The position numbers were made by a program, and so were the translations under genes. From Clostridia bacterium (GTDB lineage: Bacteria; Bacillota; Clostridia; JAAYHZ01), in NCBI GenBank assembly GCA_050950825.1, contig JBMNIH010000006.1, positions 128,001 through 192,000 on the forward strand: DNA of 64,000 bases. Direction: 5' to 3'. This document shows, one piece after another, positions 49,763 through 59,702 of the stretch (its first letter is position 1; each line of letters opens with the position of its first letter). The notes under the pieces were generated by a model. It did no database searches and was not told where the DNA came from. It saw only the letters and a list, made by a program, of their open reading frames with translations.

Positions 49763-50550
49763 CTGGTCCAGCCTCCATCTAACATAATATTATCCCCGGT
49801 AATATACTTCGAAGCCTTCGAGGCTAAAAATACTACGGGTCCTTTGATGTCATCATCATCGGCAAACCGTCCTAAGGGCGTCAGCTTCTTGTAATTCTCA
49901 TAAAAAGGCGCATTCTCCGGTTTTTCTTGCGGAATATAACCTCCGGGGCTGATGGCGTTGCAGCGAATATTGTATTTGCCGTATTTATTGGCAATCCATT
50001 TCGTAAACCCGATCATACCCCATTTGTCATAAGTGTAGTTTAGGCTGCTGCTCATATTCGTGCCTTCGTAAACTACAAACCTCGGGCCTCTTACGCCTTG
50101 TATGGACGATATGTTAATGATGCTGCCATCTCTTTGTTGTTTCATGTACATTATGACTCTTTTTGTGATCAACATCAAGCCGGTAGAATTCACTTTTTGG
50201 GCTTTTTCCCATCCTTCCACGGTGCAGTCCTCAAGATCCGCCATTCCTTCTCTTAAAACGGCGTTGTTTACCAGAATATCGATACGGCCGTATTCCTTGG
50301 CCACACCGTCTACGAAATCGTTGACGGAAGCTTCATCGGAAAGGTCCAAATAGGCTCCTGCGGCGGACAAGCCTTCCGCTACCAAAGCTTGCGCATATTC
50401 CTTGCATTTGGCTTCGTTTCTCGACGCAATGATCACCGTTGCTCCGGATTCCGCCAATCCTCGGGAGATATGGGTACCGTATAAGCCGTAGCCTCCCGTT
50501 ACAATCGCAATTTTTCCGTCCAAACGGAACATATCCAATGTTTTCATCAC
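49756..50550 (-). CDS. Short-chain dehydrogenase/reductase
   Basis: TGGYGLYG, ILVNNA, NISS, YxxxK (YTYDK), NAISPGG, DGG. Confidence 0.92.
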   Translation of the reverse strand: MMKTLDMFRLDGKIAIVTGGYGLYGTHISRGLAESGATVIIASRNEAKCKEYAQALVAEGLSAAGAYLDLSDEASVNDFVDGVAKEYGRIDILVNNAVLREGMADLEDCTVEGWEKAQKVNSTGLMLITKRVIMYMKQQRDGSIINISSIQGVRGPRFVVYEGTNMSSSLNYTYDKWGMIGFTKWIANKYGKYNIRCNAISPGGYIPQEKPENAPFYENYKKLTPLGRFADDDDIKGPVVFLASKASKYITGDNIMLDGGWTSW

Positions 50551-50582
50551 GGATCACCTACCTTTTTATGACCGTAGTCGTA

Positions 50583-51470
50583 TCAATCGATTTCTCCATG
50601 CTTTTTCATAATGGACAGCGTGTACTCGTAGTCCTCATCGTTATTGCGGAAGCAGTAATCGGGAGCATGGCAGCCTTCGTATCCCAATATGTTCATGGCG
50701 TGTTTGTAGGAGTTGAATATTCCGATCTTGGCCATGTCCGTGCGCAAATTCAGGATTTTATCCAAATACTCCGCCGCCTTTTCGTAATCGCCCGTACGTA
50801 AGCTTTGATCCAAAATACGAGACAAGCGAGGCGTGCATGTAAACATTCCGTCCAAATAGGTGGTAATTCCCCACCGGTAAGCGATGTCCACCGTATCCAA
50901 TCCGCTGTAAATGACGCTGAAGTCGGAGGGAATGTTTTTACTTAAGATCAAGTTGCGTCCTAAGGCTTGGTCCGCCGTTTTAATACCCTTCAGTTTGTCG
51001 GTTTCGGCTAAAACCCGTTCGATGCTCGAGTATGTAATCTTCGTTTGGGTAACCACGGGAAGATCGTACATGTAGACGTTGTAGGGAGATACTTGGGCGA
51101 CGCCTACATAGAAACGAACCAATTCGTCCGGAGTCGAAGCATAATAGTAAGGCGGTGTTAATACGATACCGTCAATGTCGAGCCCGGCCAAATAACGCAA
51201 ACGTTCCTTGACTCTCCAAAGGGAATTGTCCATGGCTCCTACAAGTACGGGGCATCGGCCGCCTACCGCTTCAATGGCCGTCTCCACAACGCTTCGATAT
51301 TGGTCTTGCCGAATGGCATACATCATTCCCATGGATCCGAGTACCAGTACGGCTACCGCTCCGGCTTCCAACATGTCATCAATCTGCTTTTCATAGCTTT
51401 CCGGTAAAAAAATACCGTTTTCATCAACCGGTGTCCCAAGAGCCGGTATGAAGCCTGCATTCATTTTCAT
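50583..51470 (-). CDS. Dihydrodipicolinate-synthase/class I aldolase family protein
   Basis: PALGTP, GSMG, PPYY, YDLP, Schiff-base GIK; lacks canonical DapA GTTGE. Confidence 0.88.
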   Translation of the reverse strand: MKMNAGFIPALGTPVDENGIFLPESYEKQIDDMLEAGAVAVLVLGSMGMMYAIRQDQYRSVVETAIEAVGGRCPVLVGAMDNSLWRVKERLRYLAGLDIDGIVLTPPYYYASTPDELVRFYVGVAQVSPYNVYMYDLPVVTQTKITYSSIERVLAETDKLKGIKTADQALGRNLILSKNIPSDFSVIYSGLDTVDIAYRWGITTYLDGMFTCTPRLSRILDQSLRTGDYEKAAEYLDKILNLRTDMAKIGIFNSYKHAMNILGYEGCHAPDYCFRNNDEDYEYTLSIMKKHGEID

Positions 51471-51515
51471 ATTCGAACCTCCGCTTCATTCACAGATTTA
51501 AAAACCCTATCTAGA

Positions 51516-51544
51516 AAGATAACCGGTGTTACACCGGTTATCTT
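51516..51544. other. Perfect 29-bp palindrome in an intergenic spacer (mRNA stabiliser, partial terminator or operator)
   Basis: AAGATAACCGGTGT-T-ACACCGGTTATCTT. Confidence 0.6.
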
Positions 51545-51560
51545 ACCATTCTTTCACAAC

Positions 51561-52838
51561 TTATTTCGCATGCTTTTTCAAAACTTCCAAGAAGGCATCA
51601 ATGCATCTTTGGATATGAACTTCTTCCCAAGAAGGATGCAAGAACAAGCATACCGTTCTGTTACGCAGAGAGTTTGCTACCTCGCAGAAGTTTTCCGTGT
51701 ATTTGACGGATTCGGGATTGGTGTACTCCTCGGAACGGAAGGGGAACTTATGGGATCCGAAACCGTTGTGTTCGCGATAAGCCGCTTCCATATAGGCTTC
51801 GGGCCACAGGATTCCGTAGCAAGGAATCTTCATATTCTTCAGATCATCCAATATAACGGCGGAATCGCAATCCAAAGCATCCAAATCCAATACGATGGGG
51901 TACCACCAATAAGCGTTTTGTCTTTCTTCCGTGTTTACCGGCAGGTGCTTAATTCCTTTTACGCCGGCAAAGGCTTCGTCGTACATTTTCGCGTACTTTT
52001 TCCTTCTCGGCATATTCCAAGTGTCGAATCTCTTCAGCTCGTTGATACCGATGATGGATTGAATTTCGGTCATTCTGTAGTTAAAGCCGACTCTTCTGTG
52101 GATATATGGAAGTTTTTCTTCCAATGCCAGCATGTTCAATCTTTCTTTGACATCGTATCCGTGGTCTCTGAAAGAACGGCATTCCCAAGCAAGATCTTCG
52201 TTATCCGTTACGATCATACCGCCTTCTCCGCCGGTGGTGAAGTGCTTGCTTTGGCAGAAGCTGAAGCATCCTACATCCCCGATGGTTCCGGCCTTCTTGC
52301 CCTTGTAGAATCCGCCGAAACATTGAGCACAGTCTTCAATGACCTTCAAATTGTGTTTCTTGGCAATTTCCAATATCGGTCCCATATCGGCTACAACACC
52401 GTACAGATGAACGACGATGATGGCTTTGGTTCTTTCGGTGATCAGCGGCTCGATTGCATTCGGGTCAATGGTATGATCTTCGGTAACGTCGGCAAATACC
52501 GGGATGGCTCCGGCTTGTACGGCGGCAAAGGAGGATGCGATGAAGGAATAAGACGGTACGATCACTTCATCCCCGGGACCTATGCCAAGACTGCTGACGG
52601 CAATATGCAGTGCAGCCGTTCCGTTTGTACAGGAAATAGCATACTTGGCTCCGATCCATTCGGCCCATTTTTTCTCGAATTCCATTCCTTTAGGACCTGT
52701 CCAGTAGTTGACCTTTCCGTTCTTTAACGGTTCCAATACATCTTTAAAATTGTCTTCGCTGAATTGCGGCCACATGGGGAAATTTAAATCCGCAATTCCG
52801 GGACCATTCATAATCTTTGTGTCTTCTTTATTAGCCAT
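51561..52838 (-). CDS. DegT/DnrJ/EryC1/StrS PLP sugar aminotransferase
   Basis: NGTAALH, PGDEVIVP, VHLYG, IEDCAQ, FSFCQSKHFTTGGEGG, GFNYRM. Confidence 0.93.
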   Translation of the reverse strand: MANKEDTKIMNGPGIADLNFPMWPQFSEDNFKDVLEPLKNGKVNYWTGPKGMEFEKKWAEWIGAKYAISCTNGTAALHIAVSSLGIGPGDEVIVPSYSFIASSFAAVQAGAIPVFADVTEDHTIDPNAIEPLITERTKAIIVVHLYGVVADMGPILEIAKKHNLKVIEDCAQCFGGFYKGKKAGTIGDVGCFSFCQSKHFTTGGEGGMIVTDNEDLAWECRSFRDHGYDVKERLNMLALEEKLPYIHRRVGFNYRMTEIQSIIGINELKRFDTWNMPRRKKYAKMYDEAFAGVKGIKHLPVNTEERQNAYWWYPIVLDLDALDCDSAVILDDLKNMKIPCYGILWPEAYMEAAYREHNGFGSHKFPFRSEEYTNPESVKYTENFCEVANSLRNRTVCLFLHPSWEEVHIQRCIDAFLEVLKKHAK

Positions 52839-52871
52839 TTTGACTCCGCTCCTTTATATTTATTTATGTAA

Positions 52872-54191
52872 TTATAGACAGTAGGTAAGCTTTAATATTT
52901 CCTCTACCAAAACGTTCCCTGCCGTTTCGGAGAGCTTGCTGGATTGTGCGGTTTTGATCTCGTAGCCTCCCTGACGGAAAGCTTCTTGGTTCGGAATGTA
53001 TCCCACATAATCGTTGGCAAGTCCGACCACTACGGTATGAGCCGCTTTTGCATTCTTTTTTACTTCCAATGCAAATTCCACGAACACTTCACCCGGGAAC
53101 GTAACAAACAAAACGTCACCTAACAGAACAGCCTGTATCGTTGTTTCAATAAAGCTACGGTTTTGCTCTGCTAAAGTTAAGATTTCCCTTGCATAGATTT
53201 CGTCGGGAACACCGTCTAACAAGGACGGTATCACGCCCCCGCAGGCTTCCCACAAAGCCTTTGCATTTTTTACGTCTTCTTCGGAAATTTTACGACAGGG
53301 CAATTGGATTATGGCGACGGCATTTTTTATATGATCGGGAAGCCGTCTTTTATTCGCCAAGGCTTCCATCGTATAATCGGCCAATTTTTTCCCGATTCTT
53401 TCCGCTTCTTCGAAGCCTCGGTTTTGGTCGGGATTCTTGTAGTCCAGATGATTGATGTTTCCTTCGGCTCCGTTGGAAAACCAAACCACGGTTTCATCGC
53501 CGAAATGTTCTTGCAGTTTTACGGTTAAATAGTGGATGTAATCTCTTGAATATAGCCAGTCTTTACCGACCAAAATGGCGGGATGAAGAGTGAAATTAAC
53601 CATCAAGGCCAATGTTTTCGACGTATCCTTGGAAACGCATTGTATGACCGTTAAGGTCGGGTCGATGGGTCCGGTGGTTCCGATTACATCGTCAGGGTCC
53701 ACCTTGTTCCAATTCATAACGATGCTGTTGTCTTTCATAATAAGGCGCCGGTTGAAGCTCAAATCGTTCACGTCGGTAACGGCGCAGAAGACTTCAGACT
53801 CTTGGGCTTCCTCTTTTATGCCCTTTAGATTTTCCGCGATGGATGAAAACGTCTTGTCCAAATAGTCAACGGCATCTTCGTGACGCTTTGATTTGAATAT
53901 TTCGCTTGTATCCGGTCCGGAATGGGTGTGAGTAGTATTGACCATGATGCGATCTTCCGGGATATTTGCGGACTTCGACACTCTTTTTTTAATGTCGGCG
54001 CATTGATCCCCCATTAAGCATAACAGATCGAAGCTTAAGAAAAGAACTTCTTGTCCTTCATGACAAAAATAGACGGCGTTACAAAATAAATCGTCGTGCA
54101 CGCCTCGGGATTTGTCGTCGGCTCGGACATTTCCGCCGATAGATAAACCGATAGGCGGAGTAATGTTAACCCTTTTTGCAGCTACCTTCAT
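52872..54191 (-). CDS. Neutral/alkaline ceramidase-N-domain-like amidohydrolase
   Basis: NITPP, GVHDDL, THTHSGP, NRR, GPIDP, GAEGN, PGEVF, GYIP...GGYE. Confidence 0.82.
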   Translation of the reverse strand: MKVAAKRVNITPPIGLSIGGNVRADDKSRGVHDDLFCNAVYFCHEGQEVLFLSFDLLCLMGDQCADIKKRVSKSANIPEDRIMVNTTHTHSGPDTSEIFKSKRHEDAVDYLDKTFSSIAENLKGIKEEAQESEVFCAVTDVNDLSFNRRLIMKDNSIVMNWNKVDPDDVIGTTGPIDPTLTVIQCVSKDTSKTLALMVNFTLHPAILVGKDWLYSRDYIHYLTVKLQEHFGDETVVWFSNGAEGNINHLDYKNPDQNRGFEEAERIGKKLADYTMEALANKRRLPDHIKNAVAIIQLPCRKISEEDVKNAKALWEACGGVIPSLLDGVPDEIYAREILTLAEQNRSFIETTIQAVLLGDVLFVTFPGEVFVEFALEVKKNAKAAHTVVVGLANDYVGYIPNQEAFRQGGYEIKTAQSSKLSETAGNVLVEEILKLTYCL

Positions 54192-54221
54192 ATATCGGAC
54201 TCTCCTTAATAAGGACCTCTT

Positions 54222-54294
54222 TGGAATTATTGTTCGATAATTATTCCATTGAGTTTATTAATTCAATAATACCATATTTATCATGAATATTCAA
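54222..54294 (-). promoter_or_regulatory. sigmaA promoter plus two AT-rich palindromes (candidate ROK operators)
   Basis: TTGAAT-17-TATTAT (TG-extended) at 54294-54266; imperfect palindromes TGGAATTATT...AATTATTCCA and ATTGA...TCAAT downstream of the -10. Confidence 0.55.
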
Positions 54295-54306
54295 TATGTA
54301 TACAAA

Positions 54307-54957
54307 TTATTTTCCCGATATGAGCTTCGGGCAGTCCTCGCTTAAGAAACAATGTAAGCAATCCGGTTTGGCCGATTTGCAGACGGTTCGGCCGTGGTTT
54401 ATGATTTGATGGCAAAAGTCCACTTGTTTTTCCGGAGGTACCAATGCCAGCATTTCCTTTTCCACTTTTTCCGGATCCTTATGTCGGGTAAATCCCATCC
54501 TTCGCATGATTCTTCCGAAGTGGGTATCAACGGCGATAGCCGGTTTGCCGAAGGCGTTACCTAACACCACGCTGGCGGTTTTTCTTCCGACTCCGGGAAG
54601 CTTTGTAAGCTCCTCCATGGTATCCGGTACCTCGCCGCCGTATTCTTCTTTGATCATGCGGGACATGGCAATCAAGTCCTTGGCTTTGTTTTTGTAGATG
54701 CCTACCGTTTTAATGTATTCCTCCACCTCTTCCAAACGAGCCTCCGCCATGTCGTAAACGGTAGGGTAACGGGCAAATAAGGCGGGCGTCACGATATTCA
54801 CCCGATTATCCGTGGTTTGGGCCGATAATCTTGTGGCAATCAACAGCTGATACGGATTATTGAATTTTAAAGAACACTTTGCATCCGGATAATGTTTATC
54901 CAAAAGAGATAATATCCGATGTAATCTATCAACCTTCTGTTGCTTTGACTCTCTCAT
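54307..54957 (-). CDS. nth: Endonuclease III
   Basis: LSAQTTD, LPGVGRKTA (HhH), AVDTH, C-terminal 4Fe-4S CxxxxxxCxxCxxxxxC. Confidence 0.96.
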   Translation of the reverse strand: MRESKQQKVDRLHRILSLLDKHYPDAKCSLKFNNPYQLLIATRLSAQTTDNRVNIVTPALFARYPTVYDMAEARLEEVEEYIKTVGIYKNKAKDLIAMSRMIKEEYGGEVPDTMEELTKLPGVGRKTASVVLGNAFGKPAIAVDTHFGRIMRRMGFTRHKDPEKVEKEMLALVPPEKQVDFCHQIINHGRTVCKSAKPDCLHCFLSEDCPKLISGK

Positions 54958-54969
54958 GGCTCCCTCTTT

Positions 54970-56223
54970 TTATATCCCTTGGTTTGCAAAATCGCGCTTC
55001 GGTCGGTAGATGTTGTCCAATAAATATCTTGCACCGCCTAAGACCACGGTATCGTCTCCTAAGACGGAATAGTTCACTTGAATTTTGTCCCCGTAAAGAT
55101 CGAAAGACATGCTTTTAACCTTTTGCTTTACTCGGTCGATGAATAATTTGCCGAATTTGGTAATTCGGCCGCTGATGCCGATTTGACGGATGTCCAATAG
55201 GTTCACCGCGTTGTTGATCCCGAAGGCTAAGCAATCCGCCGCATGAAGGACGGTTTCCAAGGCTACGGGGTCCTTATCTTCGTAAGCTTTTAGGAACGAA
55301 TCGAAAAGAGGCAAATCTTTCTTTTGAACAAGCTCCCAAAATACACCGGATTTTTTCTCTTCCGCCGCTTTCAGTGCCCTTTTTAATATGGCGGGAATCG
55401 AAACCAAGGTTTCCAGACATCCTCGATTTCCGCACTCGCAATGCTCTCCGTTCATGTCGATGGTCATATGTCCCAATTCCCCTGCAATCCCCCATGCTCC
55501 TTTGTATATATTGTCGTCGATGATGATACCGCATCCTACGCCTTCGTTGATGTCAATCAAAATATTGTCTCCTTCTCTTCCGCTTCGAGCAATGGTATGC
55601 TCCGCATAAGCGGCAAAGCAGGATTCGTTTTCCATTAAAATGGGGATGTTGCTAAAACGGTTGCTCAGCTCCGTATAAAAGGTCTTATTCGTATGTAGTT
55701 TTTCAATGACCGTAGACGATACGACGGTATAGTCCCTATAATTTATAATCCCGGGTATTCCCAAAGCGATACCTAAAAAGTTGTTTCGATTCAGTTTGCT
55801 TTCTTCGATTAATTCCTCACACAAGGAGATCAACCCGTTCCCCAACTCCGCGATATCGTATTCCGATATGCTTTTTCTTGCAATTTCATTGCATTTCAAA
55901 TCGTAGACGCCGCCGGAAATCTTGTCCTTTTTTACTTCCAACGAAATGACAAACCTGCTTTTTTGATTGACCTTCAGCATGATGGGCTTTCTTCCGCTGG
56001 AATTGGTTTTACCGGCGCCGACTTCCATGACCAGCTCGTTCTCCAAAAGCTCCTCAACCAAAGAAGATATGGTGGTAGGACTCAAACGGGTCAGCCTTGC
56101 CAATTTCACACGAGAAATGGGCTCATAGCGGTTAATCAGGTTAAACACCAGCGTAAGATTGTTTTGCTTGATCAGCTGTTGATTTGCTATTTTTACATAA
56201 TCGTTCGGCTGTTTGGTTATCAA
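54970..56223 (-). CDS. ROK-family transcriptional repressor (XylR/NagC-like)
   Basis: N-terminal wHTH (ISRVKLA...GRKP), GIPG, GVGCG, AGELGH, CECGNRGCLE. Confidence 0.93.
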   Translation of the reverse strand: MITKQPNDYVKIANQQLIKQNNLTLVFNLINRYEPISRVKLARLTRLSPTTISSLVEELLENELVMEVGAGKTNSSGRKPIMLKVNQKSRFVISLEVKKDKISGGVYDLKCNEIARKSISEYDIAELGNGLISLCEELIEESKLNRNNFLGIALGIPGIINYRDYTVVSSTVIEKLHTNKTFYTELSNRFSNIPILMENESCFAAYAEHTIARSGREGDNILIDINEGVGCGIIIDDNIYKGAWGIAGELGHMTIDMNGEHCECGNRGCLETLVSIPAILKRALKAAEEKKSGVFWELVQKKDLPLFDSFLKAYEDKDPVALETVLHAADCLAFGINNAVNLLDIRQIGISGRITKFGKLFIDRVKQKVKSMSFDLYGDKIQVNYSVLGDDTVVLGGARYLLDNIYRPKRDFANQGI

Positions 56224-56272
56224 ATTATCTTCTCCTATATTTCCTCATCGATTTTTCTTTATCTTATGAATC

Positions 56273-57133
56273 TTATTCGCCCGTTACCAAAAGCTTTTTG
56301 GCGACAATGCCGTCGTATTCGTTTACAAACCTCAGCAAATTTTTACCGTACAAGGCTTCCTTCGCTTCCTCTTTTACGTCCAGCTCCGCCAAAATATCTT
56401 GGTCACGCTTCAGCCAGTCCTTCAGCCACTTTATGTTGTAATCGTTAACGTTGCTGTCGGTCCCGAACAGAAGGTTGTTTTCAATATCGTATCCGATGCA
56501 ATACAGCTTTGTTAAAACTTCCTTTCTGTACAAAGGAGGAGTTCCGGGAGCAATGTCAATGAACATTTCCACGGACAAGTCTTTACGCCATGTATAAGCA
56601 TTTAAAAACTTCCCGTAAACGGCGATACACTCGTCGTGCCAAGGCCAAGATACGTGAGCCAAAGCAAATTTGAGCCCGTTGACTTCCAAAAGGGCTTCAA
56701 AACGAGAGGGCTTGTTGTACTCGGAAGAGTTCAGTCCGTCCCACAAGATGCCGGAGTGGAACAGGACGGGTTTTTCATGCTTTGCGATTTCGTTGTATAC
56801 TTTCATTGCCGCAGGGTCCCCGGGATAATGGGTATTGCATATGATTTTAAACCCTTTGATTCCGCACGCTACCGCTTCCCTTACTTGGTCAATGGCATCC
56901 TTTTCCAAAGGATTAAGCCAGTAAAAAGGAAATAAAAGCGGATTTTCTTCGCAAATCCAAAGTACGTTATCCAAACGATTTTGTGAAGAATAGTCTGTTT
57001 TGTTCCATTTGAGAGCGTCCGGTGCCAAGGATATGACAATTCCTCCGTCCACGCCGCCTTCTTTGAGTTTATTGTAAAAATCGTCTCGATCCATATCGCG
57101 ATCGAATATATGGATGTGACTGTCCAATAGCAT
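56273..57133 (-). CDS. Amidohydrolase family protein
   Basis: LDSHIH, KGFK, LFHSG, ALAH, LFGTD. Confidence 0.87.
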   Translation of the reverse strand: MLLDSHIHIFDRDMDRDDFYNKLKEGGVDGGIVISLAPDALKWNKTDYSSQNRLDNVLWICEENPLLFPFYWLNPLEKDAIDQVREAVACGIKGFKIICNTHYPGDPAAMKVYNEIAKHEKPVLFHSGILWDGLNSSEYNKPSRFEALLEVNGLKFALAHVSWPWHDECIAVYGKFLNAYTWRKDLSVEMFIDIAPGTPPLYRKEVLTKLYCIGYDIENNLLFGTDSNVNDYNIKWLKDWLKRDQDILAELDVKEEAKEALYGKNLLRFVNEYDGIVAKKLLVTGE

Positions 57134-57180
57134 TTTTCCCTTTCACTCCTTCTAAATGATTTCAATTGAATCTATCGTCA

Positions 57181-58353
57181 TTATTGAAACGTTATCGTTT
57201 CGGTGTTTTGTATGGCCGTTTCAATCAATTCATCCAACTCCGCATATGCTTCCTGCTGTTCTACGATAGGAAGCTTGGGCTTTATTACGGGATGCTTTGC
57301 TACGAACACCGTACAACAGTCTTCGTAAGGCAGTATGGAGGTTTCATAAGTGCCGATTTTTTCCGCGATGTTGATAACCTCCACTTTATCCATTCCGATC
57401 AAGGGACGGTATACCGGAAGCTTCACAACCGCATTGGTTGCATTCAGAGCCTCCATGGTCTGGCTTGCCACCTGGCCTACGCTCTCCCCTGTAATAAGCG
57501 CCAAAGCGTCGTTTTGAAGGGCGATTCTTTCGGCGATTCGCATCATGGCTCTTCTCATAATGATGGTAATCAAGCCGATGGAACACCGTTCGTTGATCCG
57601 AAGCTGAATATCCGTAAAAGGCACAATGTGTAAAGTTACGGGGCTTGTGTATTCCGATAGGATTTTCGTCAGCTTTATAACCTTGTCCTTAGCCCTTTCG
57701 CTTGTGTAAGGATAGCTGTAAAAATGCACCGCATGAAGCTCGATACCCCTTTTGGCCATCATCCAGCCGGCTACCGGGCTGTCGATGCCTCCGGATAAAA
57801 GCAGTACCGCCTTTCCGCTCGAACCGGTGGGCATTCCGCCGAAAGCCGGAATCACCCTGGAGAAAATATAGGCATGGTCTCGGATTTCCACGGTCAACTC
57901 GAAATCCGGATTATGGACATCCACCTTTAATTCCTTCACGTTTCGAAGGACATAGCCTCCGACCTTTTGGCATATTTCCGGAGAGGTCAAAGGGTAATTT
58001 TTATCTTGCCTTCTTGCCTCCACCTTAAAGGTTTTCGCCCCGTCCTTCGCCACGGCTTCCTTTGCCGTCAGCACCGCCGTTTCGTAAACGGTTTCCATAT
58101 CCGTGCCGGTTTTGTATGCGGGGCTTACGGATACCACGCCGAATACCTTCCGTACCTTTTCAATCAGGCGCGGAAATTCATCGAAGCCTTCATGAGGTTC
58201 GATAAAAATTCGGCCCTGCGCCCGTACAATATTCATTTCTCCTAATTCTCGTACGGCTTTTCGGATATTCTCGACCAGCTTTTTCTCAAATATAGGGCGA
58301 TTTAACCCTTTCAGCATGATTTCTCCGTACCGTACCAGCAATATGGTCTGCAT
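57181..58353 (-). CDS. thiI: tRNA 4-thiouridine synthase ThiI
   Basis: RYGEI.LKG.NR, THUMP domain, LLSGGIDSPVA, GESVGQVASQT, YEDCC. Confidence 0.96.
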   Translation of the reverse strand: MQTILLVRYGEIMLKGLNRPIFEKKLVENIRKAVRELGEMNIVRAQGRIFIEPHEGFDEFPRLIEKVRKVFGVVSVSPAYKTGTDMETVYETAVLTAKEAVAKDGAKTFKVEARRQDKNYPLTSPEICQKVGGYVLRNVKELKVDVHNPDFELTVEIRDHAYIFSRVIPAFGGMPTGSSGKAVLLLSGGIDSPVAGWMMAKRGIELHAVHFYSYPYTSERAKDKVIKLTKILSEYTSPVTLHIVPFTDIQLRINERCSIGLITIIMRRAMMRIAERIALQNDALALITGESVGQVASQTMEALNATNAVVKLPVYRPLIGMDKVEVINIAEKIGTYETSILPYEDCCTVFVAKHPVIKPKLPIVEQQEAYAELDELIETAIQNTETITFQ

Positions 58354-58355
58354 GT

Positions 58356-59525
58356 TTATCTCATCACCTTGCTTCTGTTCTTAATGGTTATGACCGGTAT
58401 GATTTCTTCTAAAGCTTCCTTTAATTTCTCAATATCCTCCTGCTCGTTAAACTCGGAAAAGCTGATGCGAATGGTGCCGTCCAAAAGCTCCGGCGCAACC
58501 CCCATGGCCTTAAGTACATGGCTTTTGCTTTTTCCCGAGGAAGAGCAGGCGGAACCGGTTGACACGTAAATGCCCTTTGCTTCCAAGTGGTGCAACAGCA
58601 CTTCTCCTTTTACGTTGGGGAACGATATGCTGACGATATGATCCAAGCTGCAATGTTCGGAATGAATAACGGCATCCTTAAACTTATTTTTTACGAAATC
58701 CAACAGGCTTCTTCTTAATTCGGAAATCTTTCTACCGGTTGCATCCAAGTTACTGTACACCATTTTCGCAGCCAATGCAAGCCCCGCGATTCCCGGTGTA
58801 TCCATGGTCCCGGAGCGCATTCCTCCTTGGTGTCCTCCTCCCCACATCACCGGCTCGATTTTCGTTCCGGTTTTGATGTATAAAACGCCGATACCCTTCG
58901 GTCCGTGGAATTTATGCCCGCTTATACTCAACAAATCCGCTCCGAAGCTTTGAGGCTTTATAGGCATTTTCCCAAAGGCCTGTACGGCATCGACATGGTA
59001 TAGGGGCTTGTCCTTTAGCGTCTTTATTTTATCCCCGATTTCCTTAATCGGCTGTATGCAGCCGGTTTCGTTATTCACCGCCATCACGCTGACAAGGACG
59101 GTATCTTTTCGAATTGCACGGAGCAATTCGTCGACATTCACTTTACCGGATTCGTCGACGCTGATAAAATCCGTCTCGTAGCCTTCGGCTTCGTAATGCT
59201 TGAACACTTCCAAAACGGCGGAATGTTCGATTTTCGTTGTTATTAAATGCTTTCCTTTTTTTCGATTGGCCATGATGCTTCCGGATATGGCCATATTATT
59301 CGACTCGGTTCCCCCGGAGGTAAAATAGATTTCCGAAGGCTTGACTCCGAGAATATTCGCCAAGTCTTCTTTGGCTTGATTGATGATACGCTCGGCTTCA
59401 ATCCCCTTGGTATGCAAAGACGAGGAATTGCCGTAGCAATTTTTACTGATATTAGCAACGAGGTCAACTACCTCTTCATACGGTCTTGTGGTTGCTCCGT
59501 TATCCAGATAATACTCTTTCTTCAA
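58356..59525 (-). CDS. Cysteine desulfurase (ThiI-associated)
   Basis: YLDNGATT, HVDAVQ, SGHKFHGPKG, STGSACSS; directly upstream of thiI. Confidence 0.92.
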   Translation of the reverse strand: MKKEYYLDNGATTRPYEEVVDLVANISKNCYGNSSSLHTKGIEAERIINQAKEDLANILGVKPSEIYFTSGGTESNNMAISGSIMANRKKGKHLITTKIEHSAVLEVFKHYEAEGYETDFISVDESGKVNVDELLRAIRKDTVLVSVMAVNNETGCIQPIKEIGDKIKTLKDKPLYHVDAVQAFGKMPIKPQSFGADLLSISGHKFHGPKGIGVLYIKTGTKIEPVMWGGGHQGGMRSGTMDTPGIAGLALAAKMVYSNLDATGRKISELRRSLLDFVKNKFKDAVIHSEHCSLDHIVSISFPNVKGEVLLHHLEAKGIYVSTGSACSSSGKSKSHVLKAMGVAPELLDGTIRISFSEFNEQEDIEKLKEALEEIIPVITIKNRSKVMR

Positions 59526-59634
59526 ACCCGATCCTCCAACATGCTTGTAATTTATTATACCACAGAATATAAGTCTTCATCATTATTAGAGTATACCCAA
59601 ATGATTATATGAAAACAAGAAACCTTGCATAAAA

Positions 59635-59675
59635 GAAGCGGAAAGTATACCGTTTCAAGGTATTTTTCCGCTTCC
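59635..59675 (-). terminator. Terminator hairpin
   Basis: GAAGCGGAAA...TTTCCGCTTC. Confidence 0.65.
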
Positions 59676-59702
59676 GTACGATTTTGCTTTTTTCAAAGTC
59701 TT

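Noticed and set aside
51570-52727. 385-aa + strand ORF
   Set aside because: Antisense shadow of the DegT aminotransferase; no motifs. The same applies to the shadows over nifJ (4226-5077) and the lyase (61950-62636).
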